From assembly GCA_951406725.2 (NCBI GenBank), contig OX597820.1, forward strand, positions 55,242,001 to 55,306,000: a DNA stretch of 64,000 nucleotides. The letters are read 5' to 3'. This document shows positions 24,816 to 36,009 of this stretch, piece after piece; the stretch's first letter is position 1; each line of letters opens with the position of its first letter. The notes below the pieces were generated by a model, which worked only from the letters and a program-made list of their open reading frames with translations, searched no databases and was not told the origin of the DNA. The DNA comes from Octopus vulgaris (lineage: Eukaryota). The position numbers and the translations under genes were made by a program.

Positions 24816-25050
24816 TAAGTAACTTTCTCAGCTCAAGTAATGACCTCAGCTCAATAACTTCCTTAGCTCAAGTAACTTCCTCAGCTCAAGTAACTTCCTC
24901 AGCTCAATTAACAACCTCAGCTCAAGTAACTCTTCAGCTCAAGTAACTTCCTCAGCTCAAATAACTTCCTCAGCTCAAATAAATTCCTCAGCTCAAGTAA
25001 ATTCCTCAGCTCAAATAACTTCCTCAGCTGAAGTAAATTCCTCAACTCAA
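24816..25050. repeat. 18-bp minisatellite (CAAGTAACTTCCTCAGCT), about 13 copies
   Basis: Direct reading. Confidence 0.9.
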
Positions 25051-25609
25051 ACATTATGTTTTTTTTCAACAAGGACCTTACTGGCTTAGTTATGCATATT
25101 CTTCTGTATTTCTAAAGCTCAAACCTGTGAAAAAAAAAAAAAACTTCAGTGAGAAATTAAATCAACTGCTTGATATACATAGTAAATATATATTATATCC
25201 ACTGAATTATAAACATTTCATCTACGAGTTTATGCAAGTAGATTTATCTTATAACCTGTGCGGGATTTAAAGCTATGCTGTTCCTCAGTCCATAAATATG
25301 TTGCTAACTGAAAGGTAGCAAGCTAGCAGAGTCGTTAGTGCATCATGCAAAATGCTTAGCAACATCTTTAGCATCCATCTTTACGTTCTGAGTTCAAATT
25401 CTGCCGACATTGACTTTACGTTTCATCCTTTCGGGGTCAATAAAGTAAATACCAGTTGAATACTGGGGTCGATATAATTGATTTACCCCTCTCCCAAAGT
25501 TGCAGCCCTTGTACCAAAATTTGAAAGCAATATGTTGCTGACCATATTACATTTCAGATGAAAGGCTTCAATAATTTACATAAATGTCAAGCTAATCAGG
25601 CACATGACT

Positions 25610-25770
25610 TGGCACATGGCTCAGTGGTTAGAGCGTCAGGCTCACAATCATGAGGTAGTGAGTTTGATTCCCAGACAGGGTTGTGTGTTGTGTTCTTGAG
25701 CAAGACACTTTATTTCACATTGCTCCAGTTCACTCAGCTGTAGAAATGAGTCGCATGATCACTGGTGCCA
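25610..25770 (+). mobile_element. tRNA-derived SINE family C
   Basis: ggcacatggctcagtggttagagcgtcagg...gagtttgattccc...cttgagcaagacactttatttcac; related copies at about 41625-41930 (-), 44630-44870 and 52240-52525 (-). Confidence 0.75.
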
Positions 25771-25909
25771 GGACTGGAAATTGGAAAAGATAAGTGTGTA
25801 AGGTACTGCAATGTGGGACTGAACCTGAAAGTACATGGTTGTAAAGGGAGTTTCTTAACCACACGGCCATACTTGCATCCAGCTGCACAGTTACGCATGC
25901 ACCCATTTA

Positions 25910-26420
25910 TCTTCTATCTTTTATCTTTTATCTTAGACAGTGACCATGCTGGGGCACCACCTTGAAGAGGCTTTTAGTAGAATGAATCGATCCCAGTATT
26001 TATATTTTATTTTTTTAAACCCAGTACTTATTCTATCAGTCTCTTTTGCCAAAACACTAAGTTACAGGGATGTAAACACACCAACATCGGTTGTCAAGTG
26101 GTGGTGGGGGGCAAACACAGACACAAAGACACACACACATATGTGTGTGTGTGTATATATCCTGTGTGTGTGTGTGTGTGTGTGTGTATCTTGCAGGCCA
26201 ATCCTCTTCACTAGGAGATTCAACCTTAATACTTCTGCTGTGAAGGACAGGTCTTCTTGAACACAAGGATGGGTCTTCCATCTATCAAATTCACTCACAA
26301 GGCTTTTGTCAGCCTTGTGAGTGTGTGATACCCTTGCTTGAGGTATCACACACAGTGGGACAGAACCCAGAACCACATGGTTGGGAATCAAGCTTCTTAT
26401 GACATAGTCACATCTGTGCC
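25910..26420 (-). mobile_element. SINE family A
   Basis: Same tail, body and head as 21125-21530 in reverse. Confidence 0.75.
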
Positions 26421-26561
26421 TATTTACTAATTCTTTTTTTTAAAATTTTACTACTTCCTAAGGAAAGGGCTATTCTGGAAGCCAGTACTTGCAGCCTTGT
26501 ATAGGTTAACAAGATGGTTTATGGGATCATGTGACTGCATTGCTTATTTCCTACATTCCAG

Positions 26562-26647
26562 GTACATTTCTGTTGCCAGCTTCAGCAGTTGATTATCGGA
26601 AATGGTTTGGTTTGACATCAGATGGATTAATATTGGATCTCGACTTG
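26562..26647 (+). CDS. SLC15A4: SLC15A4-like exon
   Basis: ttccag|GT ACA...TTG|gtaaat; 86 bp, phase 1-0; TFLLPASAVDYRKWFGLTSDGLILDLDL; phases match both neighbouring exons. Confidence 0.85.
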
Positions 26648-26655
26648 GTAAATAT

Positions 26656-27226
26656 TAAAGATTATCTCACCACCACTTTATAAAGACTAAAGATTGCCTT
26701 CCTATGACTTCATAAAGATTAAACATTATCTCACTATCAATATTTAAGTATTAAAAATTATGTTTCTTCATAGAGATTAAAGATTACCTCTTTATATTTT
26801 CATATGGTTTAAAGATTATGTTACCATCACATTAAAGTAATTAAAAAATTTTTTACTGCCACTATATTAGGAATAAAGATTATCTCACTCTGGTTTTCTA
26901 TGGATTAAATATTACCTGTCACATTATCGTGATTTGATTTATGCCACTGTCACTTTAGATAGATTAAAGATGATTTCACTATGATTTAATGGGATGTAAA
27001 TATTATTTCACTATTGATTTATAAGGATTTAATATTTTCTTACCATCACATTGTAAGGATTATAGATCATTTAGACTATCATCTTAGTAAAAATTCAAGA
27101 TTATCTCCACTTAATATTTGGTAAGAGTTAAATATTATCCTCATTATAAGTTTTATATAAAGCAAATAATAAGGATTAGCTACTACAAGTTCAATAAGAC
27201 TATCAATTAGGTAAGGATTAAATATT
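26656..27226. repeat. Highly degenerate tandem array, unit about 32 bp (core GATTAAAGATTAT)
   Basis: Recurring taaagattat/taaatattat at about 32-bp spacing, roughly 17 units. Confidence 0.75.
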
Positions 27227-28844
27227 CCCAAGAATAAAATTTTAATAAGGATAGAATATTATATACACTGCCAAATATTATGAAGAAATAACTTTTTCCC
27301 TTGTATTAATTGTCTGCTAGGAGACATGTTTGATAAAACTCTGGTTATGAAACTGAAATGATCCAACTAAACTATTGAAGAAAAGTCAAGGCATTGTGTC
27401 TATGAAGAGGTGTCTCTTCCACTACGTAATGAGGGATTACTACTATGAAATAGCAGCTTGTGAATTTTTTTTGTAGTTGAATCTAAAATATTAGATGTGA
27501 TGAGACACCTACACTAGACGAAACTCTTTGGAAATAGTTATCCTATATATAGGCACTAAAAACTTTCTCTCTCTTGTCTCTTGATTGCTAAAGTATGAAA
27601 AAAATGGAAAAAGAAACAAAAGGAAGAAAACACATATTCATGACGTTCTTATTTTTCATCTACAAGAAATGACTTGCTTTATAAAATGTTAAACTAGTAA
27701 ACCTCAGGTTATGTCATTCTGATGGTTTCTAAAAAGAATGAAAGTGTTGTACAGGAATTTCCACTGACATGAAATTCTAAGAACTTTAAGTATGCAATGA
27801 CAAGAACAAAAGAAAGGAAATATTTGTTTTTTATGCATCTTTTTCCTTATTCCTTTATTTCAAATTCAAATTTCTATCCCACCTAATATTATGAAGAAAT
27901 GATTATCTCCCTTGTAGTAACTATCTGCTTGGGAACACCATGTATCATTAACTTATATTTCACTATTCTACATCTATTTTTTCCTGTTTGCATGGGTGAG
28001 ATATTTTGTTTTTCTTGAAGCAATTGTTTTTTTATAACCAGATGGCCTTATTCATTCTAATCACTTGACTATGAAATAGGAAGTGAAGCCTGTTTTTATC
28101 ATTCAGTCAAATTGGAAACAGAAGATTTTTAAGAACAAAATTAAAAAAGAAAAAAGAAAAAACAATAAGACAAACAGGAGTTCAAGGTAATTAATTTTAC
28201 ACTGTAAGGAAGAAACAGAAGAGAGTACATCATTATGAACTTTTATTCTTCATCAAGGAAAATCAGAGGAGAAAAAAGCAAGTTCTTTAGAGGGAGTAAA
28301 ATGATGTTGTAATAAAGGGCATATTAATACCATTTTATTGACTTTATGCAGATTCCAGCTCAGATCTGGAGCAAGCAGAGCTGATACTTAGCTTAGGTTT
28401 AACACAATGGTAGTTGTAAGATTCAAATTTGTAATTATTAAACCAGTTATGGCTGTTCAGGCAAAAACGGCCTATAATGCCTTGAAAATCTGACCAACAC
28501 CCAAAGTTTAATTGCATTTAGATAGCAGTGGAAGTCTCACAAGACAAATATCCAGACTGCAAAATATGCCTTTGTGCATCAGACAGTTCTGGAGCTGTCC
28601 TGCCTCCCAATGTGCAGCTGATCCTTTTAGTCACTTGCCAAAATAATTGTAACTGACTTTGTGGAATCATCTTTTTTCCCACTTCTCAGCAACAATGGCT
28701 TTGTGAGCAGTTTCCCCACGAAGAAAGCCTGCACCTTTGCTCCCCAATTTGCATCCAGCTTCCCACTACACTCTCCAGAACAATCTCTTCCAAACTTAGC
28801 CCCTTCTACCCCACCAGGTTCCCATCTTATATATACAAATATCA

Positions 28845-28905
<61 letters not shown>

Positions 28906-29404
28906 GTCATCAAACTCTTTAATTTCTCACTCTCTGTAAGAATATAGCCACATGATTGATTGGTATAAAATCCCTCCTAGACACACTTCAGCCTCTGGCC
29001 CACCTTAATTACTGCTACTATAATGGGTTCTGTTTTGCAGAGTTGGCTGGCCTTTCCAAATCTAAATCCAGGACTTATTTTACTGTTACCAGAAACATGA
29101 GAAACAAACTCAATCAAATAAAAATTTGAACTCCCTCATTCCAGTCTCTCTTTCTCTCATCCCAATCTCTCTTTCTCTCATCCCACTCCATCTCATTCAA
29201 ACACTTTAGCATTGCTTGGATACTTATATTTTTCACTAAACCTAATAGTACACCTAGGGGTATTGTTAGGGTTAGTAGAGTATATCTATTACATAGCCCA
29301 CATATCAAACTAGTGGTGCAGTCATGTACCTTATGTATATAAATATAATATAACAGTGTACTTCTAATTATTCATACCATATGATGATTGTTTTTCCATT
29401 CCAG

Positions 29405-29544
29405 ACATCTCGAAGAGTTTACTTCATCCTTGCTTTGTCACTTATTGCGATTGGTACAGGGGGTATTAAAGCTAATGTAGCACCATTTGGAGCACAACAA
29501 ATTGATTCCCTTGGACCAAAGATGGTACAGAGATTTTTCAACTG
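29405..29544 (+). CDS. SLC15A4: SLC15A4-like exon
   Basis: ttccag|ACA...AAC TG|gtttgt; 140 bp; TSRRVYFILALSLIAIGTGGIKANVAPFGAQQIDSLGPKMVQRFFN(W), containing the POT-family GTGGIK motif. Confidence 0.95.
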
Positions 29545-29634
29545 GTTTGTATAGTCATTAAAACAAAGACATTTTATTATCCTCATTATAATTTCAACAA
29601 TTTCTTGCCATCTGCTACTGCACCACCAAATGTA

Positions 29635-30871
29635 TTGGATTGTCTGGAAAGTTTGTGCTGATTTTTAAAGGAAAGGAAAAAGGTCAATAAATACTTGTCA
29701 TTACATTTTTAATCCACCAAATATGAACCATTTTGTTGCAAAATGCATCTCCATAATTCCTTTAACTTAAAATATCCTCTTTCCAGAATTGAGGTGGTGT
29801 CATGGCAAAGAATTCATCATGGTATCTTTTTACGTCATCCAAGGAATTGAAAGTTTTACCATTAAGACTATTCTGCAGAGACCTGAATAAGTGGAAATCC
29901 GAAAGAGCAATATCTGGTGAATATGGAGGGTGGAGTAACACATCCCAGCCGAGCTGCAGCAATTTTTGTCTGATTCCCAAAGAAATGTGCTGTCTTGCAT
30001 TATCATGTTGGAAAACAACACCCTTCCTGTTGGCCAATTCGAGACGTTTCTCTTGAAATTGCTGCTTTTAGCTCATCCAGTTGTGTGCAGTATTTCTCAG
30101 AATTAATTGTCTGGTTACTTGGAAGAAGCTCATAGTACAGAATTCCTTTCCAATCCCACCAGACACAAAGCAAGACTTTTTTAGGGTGAAGACCTGCTTT
30201 TGAGGTGGCTATGGGCAGCTCACGTTGCTTACTCCAGGATCGCTTTCTCTGAACATTTCAGTAAATAATCCATTTCTCATCACCTGTCACAATTTGCTTT
30301 AAAAAAGGCATGTTTTTATTCCGTTTATAAAGCAAATCACAGATGGGAATGCGATCCAAAAGGTCCTTTTCACTCAACTCATGTGGTACCCAAACATCGT
30401 AGTGATTTGTATACCCAAGCCTTACCAGGTGCTCATGAACAACGGATTTTTATAGGTTGAGGCTTTCTGCCAATTCTCGGGTTGTGCAATGTGTGTTATT
30501 CTCAATTAATGACTTGATTTGGTCATCATCTGTAGTGGATGGTCTACCTGATCACTTCCGTACAGTTCTTTTGGATAAAGAAACATCACCGTAAACTGTG
30601 CATATTTCTTTGCTTGCTTGTGAGGCATTTTTCCCTTTATGGAAAAAGAAAAGTATCAAGTGCCGAAAATGAACTTTCTTATCTTCCATTTTAAAGGGTT
30701 ACAGAATTAACACAGGTTACAAGAACATAAACCTTCTTCCATGAAAAGATAGCTTAAACTATGCTCTAAATGGAGGTGTAGTCAAATCCTATTTTATGGA
30801 CTCAACCATGTTCTAAAATAAGTTGAAAGGTAAGCTACTATAAATCGGCACAAACTTTCTGGACAACCCAA
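29635..30871 (-). mobile_element. Near full-length mariner transposon, transposase disrupted
   Basis: TA TSD; about 30-bp TIR ttggattgtctggaaagtttgtgctgattt; HDNARQH and HPPYSPDIALSDFHLF motifs; 1237 bp. Confidence 0.92.
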
Positions 30872-32159
30872 TATTCCATGTTCCTGAGGTGTGCACAGCA
30901 GTATTGCCCTTTGTGAGAATGGGCTGGTATTTGCATATTACATATAACTTACGTTTTGGGGAGGTTTTAAGGATGAATATTTGATCATCTTTCACTACAG
31001 ACTCACTTTTCTGTTGTATTTTGAATTAGCAAAAGAAAGTCCAAAAATACTGTAACTTCCTGTAAATGAAGAAATATCTTAAAAAGACAAAGATTTTGTT
31101 TCATATATATGGTTTGAATTGTGTACTGAAATGTCTTCTATAGAATTTAGACTGTGTCTTTTAGTGTTAAGTTGTTATGTCTTTCTTCACATTCTCCTTT
31201 ATTATACTCAGTGCTCTGGTTATTATTGGTGCCATTTCTACTCTTCATAATCATCATTTAACATACTGAGATGTGGGCTGAACGGTTTGACCAGAGCTGG
31301 CAAGCTAGAGAGATGCACCAGGTTCCAGTCTGATGTGGCTTGGTTTCTATGGCTGGATGCCCTTCCTAATACCAACCACTTTACAGAGTGTGCTGGGTAC
31401 TTTTTATGTGGCATTAGCACAGATGCTTTCTATGTGGTGCCAGCATGGGTGATTAATCTAAAAAAACAAACATATTAGTTTGTGTATGTGTATGAAACAA
31501 GTAAAAGTATATTAAAACAAAAATATCTTTTTCATACCTTTCAAAATCACTGGATATAATATATATAATAATCCTGAATATAGATTTTTCTCTAAGCTGT
31601 TTTTGACACCAAAATGTGCTTCATTTTTGTGTGAGGAGAGAGAGAGAGAGAGAGTGAAAGGGAAAGAATGAATGAATGAAAGAGAGAGAGCAAGAAAGAA
31701 AGAGAGTAAGAGGGTGACAAAGTTTACCTAAACATTGAATGGGTAACAATCTATCATAATTATATATATCATTATGCATCATCGTTTAATGTCTGCTTTC
31801 CATGCTGGCATGGATTAGTTTGACTGAGGACTGGCAAGCCAGGAGGCTGCAATGAGACTGCAGTCTGTTCTGGCAAATTTTCTATAGCTGGATGCCCTTC
31901 CTAATGCCAACCACTCTGAGAGTGTAGTGGTTGCTTTTCACGTGTGACTGGCACAGCGGCCAGTCAGATGGTACTGGCATCAATCACGCGCAAATGTTTC
32001 TTTTTATGTGCTGTTGGCACTGGCATCGGCTGCACCAGTCACCTGTATAATAAACAGATATTGAATGGAATAATTCTCCGTTTGAACTTTTTTAATTACA
32101 TGTGTGTGTGTGTGTGTGCGTGTGTGGTAGAAATCTACAGATACATAAATGCATGAAAC

Positions 32160-32600
32160 AGAGAAAATTAAACAAATATGAACAACTTGTTCCGAAACAC
32201 CCTTGAATGGGGAACAATTCTCAAAAATAACCCCCAATTGTTTTACCCCAAAATTCCTTTGTCCTTGGAATCTACATAGTCCGAGGTATATTTGTAGAGA
32301 ATTTCATTAAAAAATATCCTTTTTCTTAAAAGTTATGATGAATTGAAGTGGACTCTGGTGAATTTTCCGAAATTTCCCACCCCACTCCCTCCTAAAACAC
32401 TTCTCTCAAAAAAATATTCGAAATCTACATGATATAACACATATTCCTAGAAAAAATTCATTAAAAAATATCCATTTTTCTGAAAGTTATGATCATCCAA
32501 ACCATGGGGGCAGAAATCTGTAGTTATGCCAGTTTCAGCATATTGACAACTGAACAGAACTGCCAACTTTGTAGCATCTATGTATATATTTTTATCTTTA
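32160..32600. mobile_element. Helitron/Helentron-like non-autonomous fragment with two internal units about 153 bp apart
   Basis: 'tctacat...aatttcattaaaaaatatcc...aaagttatgat' occurs at about 32271 and 32424; classification is inference. Confidence 0.45.
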
Positions 32601-33139
32601 CAAAGACTGGACACTCAGAAATGATGTGGTAAATGGTCTTACTGTAATATATGCACAGTCTGCATTTCATATTAATATGTTGCTCTATAATTTTTTAAGT
32701 AGTTTACTTCTGGCTATGATTTGATCCTGTACAACTCAAATGGGACCCTCTATGCTGCTTTACTATCTTTCTATTGAGTTTTATTCAATATAAGCTATGG
32801 AGTGGGTCTTCTATTTATTGTTGATTTTTAGTTTATTCTGGAGTTACATTTTAATTTTATCATTTGATGAGTTTCCCAGCTTTTTCTCTTTGTTTTCTCA
32901 CCATCTTGACCATTTTCTTCAGTAGAATTAATTTCTAGTTTGTACTTTATTGTTTCCTTATTTTTAGAGAAGGATTTTTTTTTTGTTTTTGTCTCCTTTT
33001 TTCATGTTCCTCTCTTAAAGTAATCGATTTTCTTTGCTTGCTTCTAAATATTTTTCTAGATTTGTTTGATATTGTTCTGCTTTCTGTTTATATCAGATCT
33101 TCACTTCTCTATGTGTGGGATATAGTAGTAGTAGTATTT

Positions 33140-33870
33140 TTTATTTATTGTCTTTGTACAACTTCTAACACTGGAAATGTACTACGGTACCATCTGTTCA
33201 CTACCAGTGAACTATGGTAATACCCCTTATTTTTCGAACAAGATCCAGAGTATTCAAGCGGTTCCTAGCAATGCTGTTTTCTATAAGTGTTCCACCCTTA
33301 TTGCAGCTCCTATTTGTTCCATGTACTTCTCAAGATTTTTACTCACTGTTCCCAGGGCTCTGTCAATTATTGGTACTGCTACCACCTTTTTCAGTGACCA
33401 TAAGTGCATAACCTCCCATGCTAACCTGTCATATCTATCAACTTTTCTTTCTTCTTTATCGCATACCTTGTCAGCTGGACATACTACATCTATGATTCAG
33501 CATTCTTTGTTTTCTTTCTCAATTAACACTATGCCTGGCTTCCTATTCTCTACCTCATGGTTGCATTGAATCATAAAATCCCATAGGATCTTTGCATTAT
33601 CATTTTCGATAATGCCTTCGAGTTTATATTCTTACCACTTTTTTGCTCTGTCAAGTCTGTACTTGTTGCAAAGTGTCTAATGGACAATCCTTGCTATATT
33701 ATCATTATGTTTCTTATATTCTTTCTGGGATAGTGGTATACATTAACTGGTAATATGCTATATGGTTTCACCATTTTGTCATCAAATTCTGCACTTATCA
33801 CTTTCTGAGGTGTTGTCTATTTTGTATTTGATGTAATTCATTCTTAGTGCTTTCTGTTGGACAGCACAAT
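33140..33870 (-). mobile_element. R4/Dong-type LINE 3' part (same family as 7077-8065)
   Basis: Colinear with the 7077 copy ('ctgttcactaccagtgaacta.ggtaa..cccttatttttcgaaca'); abuts (TAG)n. Confidence 0.85.
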
Positions 33871-33964
33871 TCTTTGATTATCAGGACCAATGTTCTCTGT
33901 AAGCCATCTGTTTCCACCATATGAGCTGGTGTATAATTTTGAAAGGATCTTGAAATTATATATC

Positions 33965-33997
<33 letters not shown>

Positions 33998-33999
<2 letters not shown>

Positions 34000-35657
34000 C
34001 ATCATCATCATCATCATCATCATCGTTTAACGTCCGCTTTCCATGCTAGCATGGTTGGACTATTTTGACTGAGGGCTGGCGAACCAGATGGCTGCACCAG
34101 GCTCCAGTCTTGATTTGGCAGAGTTTCTACAGCTTGATACCCTTCCTAATGCCAACCACTCCAAGAGTGTAGTGGGTGCTTTTTACATGCCACCGGCACG
34201 GGGGCCAGTCAGGCGGTACTGGCAACGATCTCGCTCGAATCCTTTTATACATGCCACCAGCACAGGTAACAGTAAGGTGACTTTGGTAACGATCACACTC
34301 GAATGGTGCCCTTTTACGTGCTACTGGCATGGAAGCCGGTTAGCTGCTCTATCAATGATCACACTCGTATGGTGCTCTTTGCACCCTGCTAGCATGGACG
34401 CCAGTCATCGAATTTGATTTTGATTTTGCTTTTGATTGATTGATTTCACTGCCTCAACAGGTCTTCGCAAGCAGGAAAATATATGCATAAGTGGGCTGGT
34501 TATGCCCCTGGCATAGGCCATGAGATTATGGTTTCATTTGGCTTCCCTGGTCTTCTCATGCACGGCATATCTCCAAAGGTCTCAGTCACTAGTCATTTCT
34601 TTGGTGAGGCCTAAAGTTCGAAGGTCGTGCTTCACCACCTCATCCCAGGTCTTCCTGGGTCTACCTCTTCCACAGGTTCCCTCAACCGCTAGGGTGTGGC
34701 ACTTTTTCACACAGCTATCTTCATCCATTCTTGCCACATGACCATACCAGCGCAGTTGTCTCTCTTGCACGCCACATCTGATGCTTCTTAGGTCCAACTT
34801 TTCTCTCAAAGCACTTAGACTCTGTTGAGTATGCACACTGACATTACACATCCATTGGATCATACTGGCTTCATTCCTTGCAAGCTTACGCATGTCCTCA
34901 GCAGTCACAGCCCATATTTCCCTACCATGTAGCATGGCTGTTCGTACACAAGCATCATACAGTCTACCTTTTATTCTGAGCGAGAGGCCCTTTGTCACCA
35001 ACAGAGGTAGGAGCTCTCTGAACTTTGCCCAAGCTATTCTTATTCTAGCAGCTACACTTTCAGTGCACCCATCTCCACTACTGACTTGGTCCCCTAGGTA
35101 ATGGAAGCTATCAACTACTTCTAGTTTTTCTCCCTGGAATGTGGCAGAAGTTGGTCTCTGCGCATTCTCAGTGTTTATTGCTCCTGAGCATCTGCCACAT
35201 ACAAAAACTATCTTCCCAGTTAGCCTTTCTTTGATATTGCTGCACCTCTTATGTATCTATAGCTTACACTGGGTACATCTTATAGAGTTTCTACCTATGC
35301 CTCTAATACAGATTGAGCAGGGCCATCTACCTGAAGAGATTTGTGGTTTGCCTACCTTCCTACATATTAGAATTTTGGTTTTAGCTAGGTTGATTCTAAG
35401 GCCCTTCGATTCTAATCCTTGCTTCCACACTTGAAACTTCGCCTCTAGTTCTGATAGTGACTCAGCAATTAGAGCAATGTCATCAGCATTGAGGAGCTCC
35501 CAGGGGCATCCTGTCTTAAATTCCTCTGTTATTGCCTGGAGGACTACGATAAATAGGAGGGGGCTGAGGACTGAACCCTGGTGAACCCTTACGTCTACCC
35601 TGAATTCTTCAGTGTACTCGTTGCCAACCCTCACCTTACTTACAGCGTCCCGTCCAT
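33998..35657 (-). mobile_element. RTE-clade LINE, 5'-truncated
   Basis: ORFs 35257-35685 (VHQGSVLSPLLF...NADD) and 34582-35001; (CAT)n tail on + strand. Confidence 0.9.
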
Positions 35658-35724
35658 AGTTCATGTATCCAAAAAAGAAGTACACTCTAAAACACTAGAG
35701 CAGTAGTATATTTAGATGATTGAT

Positions 35725-35876
35725 TGTTATGGCCAGTCAGAGAGTGACCATTGGTTTCACACCTTTAAAGTGCTCAGCTGTATAGGCAAATTGTCAGACT
35801 GGTCTAACTAGTCACCTATAAAGCTAATTGCTTTATAGGTATGAAACCAATGATACGTCTCTGACTGGCTATAACA
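35725..35876. repeat. 152-bp palindrome formed by two divergent degenerate hammerhead motifs
   Basis: Symmetry centre 35800/35801; minus arm agt CTGACAA...GAAAC caatg GTC act; plus arm ggt CTAACTA gtcacctataaagc taatt gctttataggtat GAAAC caatg. Confidence 0.75.
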
Positions 35877-36009
35877 AACAACCTTCAAACAATACACACA
35901 CATAATTATAAATCAAATGAAGGAAAAAACAATTCCATCAAAGGGATGTAAAACATCCAGCTCACTAGTACAACAGTTGAATACCACAGATAAAAGGGTA
36001 TAATTATCA

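Noticed and set aside
26656-27226. CRISPR-like appearance (semi-constant motif with variable spacers)
   Set aside because: Eukaryotic intron, repeats not identical, spacers resemble each other, no cas genes.
27273-27945. About 60-bp similarity between 27273-27330 and 27884-27945
   Set aside because: Looks like an old local duplication with no further structure or coding signal.
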